A stretch of DNA of 61,522 nucleotides, filler included, from Archaeoglobus sp. JdFR-37 (GTDB taxonomy: Archaea; Halobacteriota; Archaeoglobi; Archaeoglobales; Archaeoglobaceae): NCBI GenBank assembly GCA_002010215.1. It is 3 parts of 3 records of this genome, joined end to end, with 100 filler letters (N's around TTAATTAATTAA, not from the genome) between each part and the next. Parts side by side here need not be neighbours in the genome. Positions count along the whole stretch, not along the records: positions 1 to 28,274 come from MTMY01000037.1; 2 more parts are not named here. One strand, 5' to 3'. Position numbers and translations under genes: made by a program. Below are positions 8,914 to 18,502 of this stretch, in pieces (within the stretch, counting starts at the first letter, position 1; each line of letters starts with the position of its first letter). Under the pieces are notes generated by a model, which did not search any database, was not told the DNA's origin, and was given only the letters and a program-made list of their open reading frames with translations.

Positions 8914-9518
8914 TGATTGTAGGCGTTGGACCAGCCGAAGGATATCTAACAGACAGAGCAAAGGAAATTATTTCCAGAGCAGATGTTGTATTCGGCAGCA
9001 GAAGAGCTTTAAAGCTGGCCGAACCCTACATAAAAGGAAAAAGAGTTGAAATGACCAGGTTTGACAAAAATGAGGTGGAGAAAATAGCAAAAATGGGTGT
9101 AGAAATGAGGGTTGTGGTTCTCTCTACCGGCGACCCTATGGTTTCGGGACTGGGAAGTCTGGTAGATGGCAGAGTTGAGCCAGGGATAAGCAGCGTTCAG
9201 CTTGCACTAGCAAGGCTAAAGGTGGACCTGTGTGAAGTTGTAGTTGTGGATGCCCATGCCAGAGAGAGTTACGATGAAATAATCAAAGCCGCTCGCTTCA
9301 GGAAGAAGGTGCTAATTCTGGCGGATAAAAGGTTTAATTTAGAGAAGCTTAAAGGGTTGGAGGAGTTGGAAGGAATGGATATAAAGAGAATTGTGGTGCT
9401 GAACAATCTAGGAATGGAAAATGAGGAAGTTGGAGATTCCATAAAGTCAGACTTGGCCGTAATATATCTCGAAATGGACGTAACAGATGAGAATGCAGAG
9501 GGATCGCAACAGAGGTGA
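8904..9518 (+). CDS. cbiE: Cobalt-precorrin-7 C5-methyltransferase
   Basis: IVGVGP, STGDPMVSGLG, PGISSVQLA.ARL. Confidence 0.9.
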   Translation: MGVMIVGVGPAEGYLTDRAKEIISRADVVFGSRRALKLAEPYIKGKRVEMTRFDKNEVEKIAKMGVEMRVVVLSTGDPMVSGLGSLVDGRVEPGISSVQLALARLKVDLCEVVVVDAHARESYDEIIKAARFRKKVLILADKRFNLEKLKGLEELEGMDIKRIVVLNNLGMENEEVGDSIKSDLAVIYLEMDVTDENAEGSQQR

Positions 9519-9522
9519 AAAT

Positions 9523-9891
9523 GTGAAGGGGCTTGTTCTCGTAGGACATGGGAGCAAATTACCCCATTATCTTGAGGTAATGAGCTACCACAAGGAAAGG
9601 ATAGAGAGTATGGGAATATTTAACGAGGTTAGGCTCGCATTCGTATATACAAAACCCCATGTAGATGAAGTTGTAAAGGAGATGAAGAGCAACGAAATAT
9701 ATATAGTCCCAGTCTTCATCTCTCATGGTGTCCATACTACTAAAGATATTCCCGAATCTCTCGGCCTAAAAGGTGGAGCAGATAGGGTTGAAGGGATTTT
9801 TGATGGCAAGAGAATTGTACTATGTAGCCCAATTGGCTTTGACCCCTTAATAACCTATGCAATACTAAACAGTGTTTTTGGGAGAGAGTGA
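9523..9891 (+). CDS. cbiX: Sirohydrochlorin cobaltochelatase (small CbiX)
   Basis: LVGHGS, VPVFISHGVH...DIP; resembles Archaeoglobus CbiXS; GTG start after GAGGTGA. Confidence 0.92.
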   Translation: MKGLVLVGHGSKLPHYLEVMSYHKERIESMGIFNEVRLAFVYTKPHVDEVVKEMKSNEIYIVPVFISHGVHTTKDIPESLGLKGGADRVEGIFDGKRIVLCSPIGFDPLITYAILNSVFGRE

Positions 9892-9946
9892 TGGGAGTGA
9901 TAGAGGAATGGGGCAATGAGAAGAGAGATAACGAGAGGTGAATGAG

Positions 9947-10477
9947 ATGAGGTTGCTGGTAATTGCTGACACCCATGTGAGGAGCTTTAAGGAGCTTCCT
10001 GAGAAAGTCGTGAAGCTTTTTGAGGACTGCGATGCAGTTGTTCATGCTGGTGATTTTACCTCAGTAGATGTCTACGAGTCATTCTCAAGAAAAGAGGTCT
10101 ATGCAGTATATGGAAATACAGATGATTACGAACTCAAGAAGATGCTCCCCAATGAGCTCAAGTTTGAGTTGGAGGGTGTCAGGTTTGGTTTGGTTCACCA
10201 GGGGAACTACCTGAACCAGTTTCATGATCTGGGCTATAAGGCGAGAGAGCTTGGAATTGACTTTTTGATATTTGGCCACATTCATCGATTTGTCCTTGAA
10301 AAGTTTGGAGATGTTGTTGTCCTTTGCCCTGGTAGTCCTACCAAGCCAAGATTGAGTGCAGCAAGCATCGCTTTGATTGATGTGGAAGATGGCAGAGTTA
10401 ATGTGAAATATGAGATGGCCGCCCCCCTTGCATGCGGGATGGATGTCAGGTTGAGTGAGAGTAATGGAGGAGGCTGA
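9947..10477 (+). CDS. YfcE/MJ0936-family metallophosphoesterase
   Basis: DTH, HAGD, GNTD, FGHIH, PGS. Confidence 0.9.
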   Translation: MRLLVIADTHVRSFKELPEKVVKLFEDCDAVVHAGDFTSVDVYESFSRKEVYAVYGNTDDYELKKMLPNELKFELEGVRFGLVHQGNYLNQFHDLGYKARELGIDFLIFGHIHRFVLEKFGDVVVLCPGSPTKPRLSAASIALIDVEDGRVNVKYEMAAPLACGMDVRLSESNGGG

Positions 10478-10480
10478 AAG

Positions 10481-11182
10481 ATGAGGGTTTTTGTAGCGGA
10501 TGAAAGATTTGATGAGATCGAAAAGGAGCTTTCGAAGCTCGGAAGAGTCATTGTGATTGAGAAGAGCGGGGAGAATGTAAAAAGGGCTGAAGAAAAGGTG
10601 CAATGTGGTGGCGAAAGTGTAACGATGAATGTTAAAACAAATCTGAGAGATACTCTTGATTTTCTTTCATGTAATTACGATTTTGCCGTTCTTAAAGGTT
10701 TCAATCAGGATGAAGTCCTGTCTTTAGACATCAACCCATCCCCTGTTGAGAGTGTTGAAGATGCTCTGAAGGCTGAGGAGTGGGTGAGCTTGAAAGCTAT
10801 TATGGAGGAGGTAAAGAAATCACCTTCTACCTCCAAGTGTGGCGCAATGGGTGTTTTCATCGGATTTGTGAGAGAGGTGTCTGATGGAAAGAGAGTTGTC
10901 AGGCTGGAGTACGAGAAATACGGAGATGTGTTTGAAAAGACTCTGAAAGAGATCGAAAGTGAATTGAAGAAGTACGAGGGGGTTGCGGAGGTGAAGATTC
11001 ATCACAGGGTTGGGAGTTTAAGGCCGAGAGAGGATATAGTTTATGTTGTGGTTATGGGTGAGCACAGAAAGGACATCTGGGAGCCTCTCATCCAGAGCAT
11101 GGAGCTTGTCAAGGAGAGGCTACCAGTCTGGAAGAAAGAAGTCTATGAGGATGGAGAAGAGTGGGTGCACGATAAAGGTTGA
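10481..11182 (+). CDS. moaE: Molybdopterin synthase catalytic subunit with N-terminal MobB-like remnant
   Basis: GA...FIGFVR, LEYE, HHRVG, HR, K..LPVWKKE. Confidence 0.88.
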   Translation: MRVFVADERFDEIEKELSKLGRVIVIEKSGENVKRAEEKVQCGGESVTMNVKTNLRDTLDFLSCNYDFAVLKGFNQDEVLSLDINPSPVESVEDALKAEEWVSLKAIMEEVKKSPSTSKCGAMGVFIGFVREVSDGKRVVRLEYEKYGDVFEKTLKEIESELKKYEGVAEVKIHHRVGSLRPREDIVYVVVMGEHRKDIWEPLIQSMELVKERLPVWKKEVYEDGEEWVHDKG

Positions 11183-11282
11183 GTTGGTAGATCTAGTACT
11201 TTTTAAGGAAGCGATATCCTGTTGTTTCCTGAAAATGCTGGATATTACGTGCATCTCTAAAGTTGAAGCTCTCTCACATCTA

Positions 11283-12017
11283 TTAGTCCCCATTCACAAC
11301 AGATTTGAGCTCTTTTAAAACTTCTTCCCCTTGTTCTCTGCCAGCAGCAGTTGTGATTACGTAAATCTGCTGAACACTGGCACCATTTATGAGCAATGCC
11401 CTCACATTCCCCTTCTCGTCACACCTCGTTAACTTAATTCTGACGCCGCCACCTGATATCCCCGCACTCTCAATAACTCCAGGCACTATTTTCTTGACAT
11501 ATGGGGATGAGGCAAGTCTCAGCAAAAGTTTCATTCCTGCTCTTCCCCCTATAACTGTAGAATGGGCTCCACCGATCTTGTCCTCTACATCCACCTCAAT
11601 CTTTTCCAGCTTTTCCACCAACTGCACATGACTCTTCACCCTTTCAACAAACTCTTGCTGGTTCTGAAACACATCTGTTAGAATGAGCTCCAGAGGCGAT
11701 AGGGCGAATTTCCGTAACATCTCTCCGCAGTAGTTTCTTCTCTCTTCAGTTGTGGCTGAGATAAAAACCTTCGAAACTCTTCTGAAGTGTATTTCTTCCG
11801 CCACTCTTTCAAAGAGATTTCTTTCTGAGATTTCCTCATCATATCTTTTGAAGGAGAAGATGATGTCATTATCAAAATTATCATCCTCAAAAATAAATGT
11901 AAGGATCAGTTTATCTGCCAGGTGAATTGTTGCTGCCAGAGGAGCATGACTGCACACTGGACAGTAGCCAGAAATATACATCTCCGATCCGCATTTACTG
12001 CACCTGCTACATCTCAC
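11283..12017 (-). CDS. DUF2103-like protein with N-terminal Zn ribbon
   Basis: CSKC...CPVC; KIGGAHSTVIGGR; VKKIVPGVI. Confidence 0.75.
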   Translation of the reverse strand: MRCSRCSKCGSEMYISGYCPVCSHAPLAATIHLADKLILTFIFEDDNFDNDIIFSFKRYDEEISERNLFERVAEEIHFRRVSKVFISATTEERRNYCGEMLRKFALSPLELILTDVFQNQQEFVERVKSHVQLVEKLEKIEVDVEDKIGGAHSTVIGGRAGMKLLLRLASSPYVKKIVPGVIESAGISGGGVRIKLTRCDEKGNVRALLINGASVQQIYVITTAAGREQGEEVLKELKSVVNGD

Positions 12018-12123
12018 CTTAGCATAAAATACATTCCGAAATAAATATGATGGGGTGTCTGTTTCGGGTTGGTATGATTAGTGTGTCGAATTCATATAGA
12101 ATGGTGAAAGACCACATAGGAGT

Positions 12124-12669
12124 ATGGTTGGTATGGTTTCCCATATGAGTGACAGTCACGTCAGGATCAATTTAAACATGGGTATAATCTCATACATCCT
12201 CATATTCATGGTTTCTGTGGCTGCTATGGCGTACTCATTCTCCTTCACACCTCCTGAAAAAGATGTTTTGATTTTGCTTTCGACATTATTCATAGTCATA
12301 TCACTCCATCCCCTCACCCACCTGATGGTGGGCAAGCTTTTTGGCATTCAGTTTCACTACATCTTCCTCAACGGTCCTCTAAAAATTCAGCCAACCCTCA
12401 AAACAGACCGCACTTCATACCTCAGACTTCAACCTGCCCGCAGAGCAGTTTTTCACATCTCTGGAATAATTGCCACCATTGCTGCTCTGTTCTCAGGTTA
12501 CTTTGCTGCCGAATTTGCCGAAGCTACAACTGCCAAAATCATTTTAGGGATCATCATACCTCTCAACGTTGCTTTTGAGGTTGCCCCACCGCTGTTGGTT
12601 AAGCTTGGCTTCAAAAATTTCCGAAAATCTGATTTCTACCGCTTCTGGAGAGAATGGAAAAAAAGATGA
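12124..12669 (+). CDS. Membrane protein, degenerate M50/zincin-like
   Basis: About 4 TM segments; HPLTH in place of HExxH. Confidence 0.6.
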   Translation: MVGMVSHMSDSHVRINLNMGIISYILIFMVSVAAMAYSFSFTPPEKDVLILLSTLFIVISLHPLTHLMVGKLFGIQFHYIFLNGPLKIQPTLKTDRTSYLRLQPARRAVFHISGIIATIAALFSGYFAAEFAEATTAKIILGIIIPLNVAFEVAPPLLVKLGFKNFRKSDFYRFWREWKKR

Positions 12670-12678
12670 AATAGAATG

Positions 12679-13251
12679 CTACATTTTCTCGCCAAAATAG
12701 TTCAAACTGACGATTTCATCTAGACCCTTCCTAGGTTCCTTAACTTTCTGCTCATCAGGATACCCTGTTGGAATCAGAACTTCAAGCCTATATTCGGGTG
12801 GGCATTTTAGTAGTTCTGCAACCTCGTCTCTGTTAGGAGGGGTATAGGTAAGACTGGCGATCCCTTTTTCTTCCAGAGCCAAGAGGAAATAAGCAACTGC
12901 AATCCATACAGACTCCCTTGAATATGGGGCTTTTTTATAGGCAAATACTGCAACGATATATGGGGCGTCTGTGAGAAATGGTTTCTGCCAGCTTAAACCC
13001 TTGCTATGCAACCATTCTGCAAGTTCTCCCCTCACATGCGAATAAAATTTCCTCTCACCACTCTCACAAACCTCTCTCAGCTTCTCTTTAAGAGCAAAAT
13101 CCTCCACTATCACAAAGTGCCAAGGCTGAGCATTGCTACCCGATGGGGCTTCTTTTGCAGCGTCAATGCACTCAAAAAGGATGTTAATGTCAAATCTATC
13201 AGGTTTGAACTTTCTTATGCTTTTCCTTCTTCTTGCAATTTCAACGATCAT
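12679..13251 (-). CDS. Nitroreductase-superfamily flavoprotein, iodotyrosine deiodinase-like
   Basis: RKSIRKF, APSGSNAQPWHF, E..FY...KPFL..AP, SLTYTP. Confidence 0.82.
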   Translation of the reverse strand: MIVEIARRRKSIRKFKPDRFDINILFECIDAAKEAPSGSNAQPWHFVIVEDFALKEKLREVCESGERKFYSHVRGELAEWLHSKGLSWQKPFLTDAPYIVAVFAYKKAPYSRESVWIAVAYFLLALEEKGIASLTYTPPNRDEVAELLKCPPEYRLEVLIPTGYPDEQKVKEPRKGLDEIVSLNYFGEKM

Positions 13252-13351
13252 TAACTGGTTGTGGAATCGTATTAGTTTAAGGCTTTTGTCGGAAATCCAG
13301 AAACTGTCAGCTTCCTGAAAAATTTTTATAGCCCGCGCGAATAGTCAGCTT

Positions 13352-15202
13352 ATGAAACGATCTCTGTTGATTTGCATTCTGTCAGTTGTCATTTTAATTG
13401 CCATCCTTACTCCCACCTCTGCCCAATTTCTTAACCCGAGCATAGCCAATGTTAAAGCTGTTGCCGTGAAAAGCGGTTCCCAACCTGAGGGTGCCGTTAT
13501 CAACGTCACTGTAATCGTTACTGACGGAGATGGGAGAGTTTTCGTTTCAACCACGCCTTACACCGAGATAGATATGCAGGGTAGCGCCCAGCTTGCAGCA
13601 ATAACTGCATCAGACCTCATCGGTAAAGATTTCACCAAATACGACTTTTTCTACATCATTGAGGCGGATTCACCTATAGTTGGTGGACCATCTGCAGGAG
13701 GTGTTCTTACCGTCGCCACCCTCTCCGCCCTCCTTGGCCTAGAAGTCAACAAAACCGTCTATATGACGGGAATGATATATCCCGACGGTTTCATAGGGCC
13801 CGTAGGCGGAATTCCCTATAAACTTGAAGCTGCCGCAAAAGATGGAGCAAAGGTGTTTCTGATACCCAAAGGACAGAGGATCGTGTATGTTCAGGAGAGC
13901 AAGGAGGTCAGAAAAGGACCCTTCATTTTTGTCACATCAGAAACAAAACCTGTTGATTTGGTAGAACTTGGTAATGAGCTTGGAGTTAGAGTTTACGAGG
14001 TGGAAACAGTACAGGAGGCTCTAGCCTTTTACACCGGATACAAGCTTGAGAGGCCGGAAGTTAGTATAAACCTCGTCAAATATTCAGATTTGCTGAAACT
14101 TCTTGCAGACAGAATGAAAAAAGACTCTCTTAGCCTCTATGACGAAGTGAAATCCTATTCGAGCCAGATAAGCGATGCTGAGGAGCTGATGAAAAGGGGA
14201 GAGCAGGAATATGAGAAAGGGAACTACTATACTTCTACAAGCCTATATTTCCAAGCAAAAATCAAAATGAGGTATGTTCAGTATCTTAATAGCATCAACG
14301 AGGAGAACGTCGAAGATGCTTTCGAGGATGTTGAGAAAGAAATCGATGCGATGAAGTCTCAGCTCTCATCAATAAAGAGCGTTGGGATTGAAACCATCCA
14401 GATCGTTGGTGCAGCACAGGAGAGGATTAGCGAAGCAGAAAAACATCTTGAGAATGCCAGAAGAGCAAGGAATTTCGATGACGCCATGTTCAGCCTTGCA
14501 TTTGCCAAGGAGAGGATAGAGAGTGCAAAGGTGTGGATGTCTCTGCTGAAGACTGTTAAAGAAGATGTCCCAATTGATGAGGAAGCTCTGAAAAAGAGGA
14601 CTCAGTTCTACATGACTCAAGCTGACACTCTCATTGTTTATGCCAGCTCTATTGGAGGCTACAGAGATCTGATCAGTGAAGCTTCAGACAGTCTTGAAAT
14701 GTCTAAAATGCAGTTTGAGGAAGGATTCTATGCTGGAGCTGCATTCTCTGCCATAGATGCCATAACCAAGGCTGCCCTATCCATTGAGTTAATAGGATAT
14801 GAGAAGGACATCGAGACGAAAGTGAATTCTGCGAGAGATGCATCTAAAGCTGCCCTTTCTGAAGCTGAAAACGTAATTACCCCTATCCTCCCCATCGCAT
14901 ACTACGAGTATGCAGAGAACATCAAGGAGCCCCTTCCAAGGCTGTCTTTCTACAAGCTATCTGAGAGGCTTTCAAAGCTCATTGTTGCCCTTTCTAGCGT
15001 AAATACAAGCATAAAGCTGACAAGAGTTGACTTTTCAGCCCTTGCAACTCCCACAGTAAAGGAAAAAGAAACCGAAAAGGAGATCCCGGGATTAAAAGAA
15101 GTTGCTGAAGAAGTCATAAAGGAGATCCCGGGCTTTGAGGCAGCATCTGCTTTAATGGCTACTGCAGCACTGCTGATGGCTGCTTATGTGAGAAGAAGGT
15201 AA
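13352..15202 (+). CDS. Secreted S16 (Lon-like) Ser-Lys protease with PGF-CTERM anchor
   Basis: Signal peptide, GGPSAG, VGGIPYK, C-terminal PGF-TM-RRR. Confidence 0.88.
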   Translation: MKRSLLICILSVVILIAILTPTSAQFLNPSIANVKAVAVKSGSQPEGAVINVTVIVTDGDGRVFVSTTPYTEIDMQGSAQLAAITASDLIGKDFTKYDFFYIIEADSPIVGGPSAGGVLTVATLSALLGLEVNKTVYMTGMIYPDGFIGPVGGIPYKLEAAAKDGAKVFLIPKGQRIVYVQESKEVRKGPFIFVTSETKPVDLVELGNELGVRVYEVETVQEALAFYTGYKLERPEVSINLVKYSDLLKLLADRMKKDSLSLYDEVKSYSSQISDAEELMKRGEQEYEKGNYYTSTSLYFQAKIKMRYVQYLNSINEENVEDAFEDVEKEIDAMKSQLSSIKSVGIETIQIVGAAQERISEAEKHLENARRARNFDDAMFSLAFAKERIESAKVWMSLLKTVKEDVPIDEEALKKRTQFYMTQADTLIVYASSIGGYRDLISEASDSLEMSKMQFEEGFYAGAAFSAIDAITKAALSIELIGYEKDIETKVNSARDASKAALSEAENVITPILPIAYYEYAENIKEPLPRLSFYKLSERLSKLIVALSSVNTSIKLTRVDFSALATPTVKEKETEKEIPGLKEVAEEVIKEIPGFEAASALMATAALLMAAYVRRR

Positions 15203-16377
15203 CAGAACAAACCCGCAGAGAAATTGCCTAGAAGATTTACCAGAGAGTTCGTCAGATACCCTTTTTTCTCCAACGTTGCACCAAGGATGCTGTCAACATG
15301 CACACCAGCAAAGGCTGAGAGGACAATAACCCACATCAGACTCTCATCTATGATTCCAAGGAGCATAGCTGAAAGGGTTGTAAGAATTGCTCCTGCAAGA
15401 GCTGCCATTTCGCCAAGGACTGACACCCCTCCACTCACTCCCGGTTTCACAGGCTTTAAATTGATGATCAGGTATGCTTTCTGAGATGTTTTTCCAATTT
15501 CACTAGCCATTGTATCTGCTAAAGCCGAAGCAACACTGGCAATGAAGGCCGCTTTCATTACATCAAGACCATAAAAGCCATAGTTCATAGCGAAGAATAA
15601 AGCAGGGAGGCTGTTTCCGAACACATTTGCGTATCCTCTTGCTCCTCCTGCTGGTTCAGCTTCACCTATAGACAGCTTGTACTGGTATTTGTATTTGGTT
15701 GCTGCTGACCCCACTATGTAGAAGGTGAGAAGAACAGCGTAATAGCGTATGTCTGTGAAAAGAATTATTAGCATACCCACCAGAGTTGCACTCATAAGTC
15801 CGCTTTCATCTGCCACTCCACTCCGAACAGCAAGAAAACTCAGAATGAATGCTGATGAGAAAGCTATGGCCAGATCAGAGAAAGTAACAGAAGGAGAATA
15901 TACGTGGAAAATCATGAGGACTGATGCCACGCCGATTACAGATGCGAGATTTCTGTCAGGACTGTTTACGCTATATATTAGCGAAATCGTCAATCCGGCA
16001 ACAACAGAGAGAAAAAGAATTGTGGGAGGAGTAAGAGTAAAGGGAGATAAATACGTGAAATATACAAGATAGCCGAGAACTGCAAGAGATGTGAAAGTGA
16101 GTCTTTCAATTCCGTTTCTTGAAAGCTTTGCAAACGGAAGGGCTGCAAAAGATGAGGAGTAGATGTACGCAGGCACATTTGCAAAGCTAGATGATGAAAG
16201 CAACAACGCTGCAATGAGGACGCTGAATACAGAATCCTTCTTATCAACATTGACGAATGACTTTCTCCCCTCAGTTGAAGAATAAATGACGAAAATTATG
16301 GCAATTACGGAAAACAAAAGCTTCGCTTCTAGCAACGGAGAGAGCAGAGGAATCGTTATCAGCAGCCATAACCACAT
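15184..16377 (-). CDS. DUF92/TIGR00297 membrane protein
   Basis: ATKYKY..K, RGYANVFGN, ADTMASEIG, PG.SGGVS..G, DSILGATLE. Confidence 0.88.
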   Translation of the reverse strand: MWLWLLITIPLLSPLLEAKLLFSVIAIIFVIYSSTEGRKSFVNVDKKDSVFSVLIAALLLSSSSFANVPAYIYSSSFAALPFAKLSRNGIERLTFTSLAVLGYLVYFTYLSPFTLTPPTILFLSVVAGLTISLIYSVNSPDRNLASVIGVASVLMIFHVYSPSVTFSDLAIAFSSAFILSFLAVRSGVADESGLMSATLVGMLIILFTDIRYYAVLLTFYIVGSAATKYKYQYKLSIGEAEPAGGARGYANVFGNSLPALFFAMNYGFYGLDVMKAAFIASVASALADTMASEIGKTSQKAYLIINLKPVKPGVSGGVSVLGEMAALAGAILTTLSAMLLGIIDESLMWVIVLSAFAGVHVDSILGATLEKKGYLTNSLVNLLGNFSAGLFCYLLLT

Positions 16378-16395
16378 CGGCAATTTTTAAGTAGT

Positions 16396-17025
16396 ATGTA
16401 TTTTAAAAACCTACCGATGGAATTCATCAGGAGACTTTACATCAAAAAACTAGAGAGAGAAGTGTTAACCGGTGTTAAGCCTCAGCACATAGTGGTAGTT
16501 GCAAATGCAGACGAGTTCAAACAGGGATTTGATGCTTTTCAAAATTTCACTAAGTGGTGTAACCTTCTAGACGTGAAAATACTCACAATCTGCCTTCATG
16601 TAAGCGATGAGGATGAGATTAAAAACATGTGTTTCAAAATCCCGGGAAAGCTCAGGATCATCACTCCAGACGGGGAAGAAAGAAACGAAGATGGAACAGA
16701 ATTGGATATAAACGTCAACGTTATATTGGGATACGGTGGGAGAATCGAATTGCTAGATACCGTCAGAAAGATTGCTGCTAAAATTAAGGAGGGAAAATTA
16801 AGAACTGAAGATGTGGATGCAAAAACCCTCGAAAGCTTTTTGAAGATCAGAGAGCCTCCAGACCTCATTATAAGAGCCGGAGAAGAGATACCGGATTTCC
16901 TTATATGGCAGAGCATCTACAGCGAACTCTACTTCACAGATATCCGCTGGGAAAGCTTCAGATATATTGATTTCCTGAGATGCATTCGTGAGTACCAGAG
17001 GAGGGAAAGAAGATATGGAAAATAG
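16396..17025 (+). CDS. Cis-prenyltransferase homolog lacking the catalytic motif (Nus1-like subunit)
   Basis: GYGGR.E, PDLIIR, FLIWQSIYSELYF, RRYG. HIVVVAN replaces the HIAxIMDGNRR motif. Confidence 0.8.
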   Translation: MYFKNLPMEFIRRLYIKKLEREVLTGVKPQHIVVVANADEFKQGFDAFQNFTKWCNLLDVKILTICLHVSDEDEIKNMCFKIPGKLRIITPDGEERNEDGTELDINVNVILGYGGRIELLDTVRKIAAKIKEGKLRTEDVDAKTLESFLKIREPPDLIIRAGEEIPDFLIWQSIYSELYFTDIRWESFRYIDFLRCIREYQRRERRYGK

Positions 17026-17482
17026 GTATTTGAGGATTGTAAGAGTTATTGCAGATTACCAGTTCGGGAGGGGAGCTGGAAGAGCTCTTTTTCCAGACAC
17101 CTGCAAATTTATCCTTTCCCCTTCTTCAGGAAGAATAAGACAAATAACAGACAATGGAGTCAGAATAGCTACAATGAAAGCAGAAAGTGGGTGGTTCACT
17201 CTAAGCATCGAAGGGGCAAGGCGTTTGAAAAAAGCATTTCCATATCCGAAGCTGAGAGTTGTAGTAATGAATGACGTACAGGAATTCATTAAGACCGGTA
17301 AGAATGTATTTGCGAAACACGTAGTGGAAGCGGATTCTGAGATAAGGGCAAATGACGAGGTGATAGTTGTGAATGAGAATGATGAAATTCTCGCCACAGG
17401 AAAAGCTGTTCTGTCTGCCTTTGAAATGTTGGAATCTAGCAGAGGTGTTGCTGTTAGTGTCCGGCAGGGGGTATCAAAGTGA
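17015..17482 (+). CDS. PUA-domain protein (archaeosine TGT C-terminal-like)
   Basis: IADYQFG, GRIRQ, GKNVFAKHV..AD.EIR..DEVIVV. Confidence 0.85.
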   Translation: MENRYLRIVRVIADYQFGRGAGRALFPDTCKFILSPSSGRIRQITDNGVRIATMKAESGWFTLSIEGARRLKKAFPYPKLRVVVMNDVQEFIKTGKNVFAKHVVEADSEIRANDEVIVVNENDEILATGKAVLSAFEMLESSRGVAVSVRQGVSK

Positions 17483-17886
17483 AAAATGATGTTATCTTGG
17501 CAAAAAATGGAGTCATTATCAAGAGCGATGCAATAGTTGATAAAAACATCAGAGTTAAGGGGAAAGTGGTTTCAGGAATATATTCTAACTTCTGGGGAGA
17601 TGTGGAGGCAGACGAGGTATATATCGGGAATTTGAGTGTCGTGAGGGGAAAAATAAGGTGCAGGAAGGCGGTTATAGGTAAAGGAACAAAGTTCAATGAG
17701 ATTGAGGCTGAAGAGAGTGTCATTTTGCTTGGAAAGTGTAAAGGGAACAGAGTTTATGCGGGAAAGAGCGTTAAGATAACAGAGGGGTGCGAGGTAGGTG
17801 AGATAATCTCACAAGGTCTGATAATCATTGATGGTTCCAGCAAACTCAACAGAATAGAGGGGAGAAAAATCATCGCCGGAAAATGA
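17479..17886 (+). CDS. Beta-helix/bactofilin-like hypothetical protein
   Basis: Repeated I/V-G-x-x-x-x-V/I-x-G pattern. Confidence 0.6.
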   Translation: MKNDVILAKNGVIIKSDAIVDKNIRVKGKVVSGIYSNFWGDVEADEVYIGNLSVVRGKIRCRKAVIGKGTKFNEIEAEESVILLGKCKGNRVYAGKSVKITEGCEVGEIISQGLIIIDGSSKLNRIEGRKIIAGK

Positions 17887-18502
17887 GCTTTTTAAGCTCT
17901 TCAACTTCGTTCTGCTTTCCAAATACAATCACTTTCATTCCCGGCCTGAGTTCAGCCTCTTCAGGCTTCAAAGTTCTGTCGCCATCTATAACCGCAACCG
18001 GCGTGCAGCATTGAATTTCCGATGCTCTCTTTCCGACGAATTGGGCTCCTTCTTCCACTTCAATAGTTGAAAACTGGAGATTTTCATATATCAGGCGCTT
18101 CGCTGTCTCTTCTCCGAAAATAGTTGAAACTACCATTTGGGCTGAGACACTTGAGATATCAATGACGTAATCAGCTCCTGCTGCATAAAATCTCTCCACA
18201 TATGCGGAATTGTTACATCTTGCTACGATTAGGAGATCTTGCTTCATCTTTCGCAACAAAAGCGTTGCCATGAGCCCATCAACGTCCTTCGGCAGTGCAA
18301 CTATCGCAGCATTGAACTCCTCGAGATTCATCTCCTTCCAGAATTCCTCGTTCAAAGCATTTTCCTTTATAAATTCGACACCTTCCATGTAGGATTCCTT
18401 CACATCTACAACAGAAACATATGCGCCTTTGGGTAGGAGGAACCTAGCTGCTGTTTTCCCAACATCTCCAAAACCCAAAATCAGTACTTTCATTTTGTCC
18501 AC
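17870..18502 (-). CDS. TrkA-N/TrkA-C (RCK) potassium channel regulatory protein
   Basis: ILGFGDVG, AGADYV. Confidence 0.85.
   Translation of the reverse strand: MDKMKVLILGFGDVGKTAARFLLPKGAYVSVVDVKESYMEGVEFIKENALNEEFWKEMNLEEFNAAIVALPKDVDGLMATLLLRKMKQDLLIVARCNNSAYVERFYAAGADYVIDISSVSAQMVVSTIFGEETAKRLIYENLQFSTIEVEEGAQFVGKRASEIQCCTPVAVIDGDRTLKPEEAELRPGMKVIVFGKQNEVEELKKLIFRR

Noticed and set aside
12679..13251. BluB assignment
   Set aside because: Motifs fit the IYD-like group, and BluB requires oxygen.
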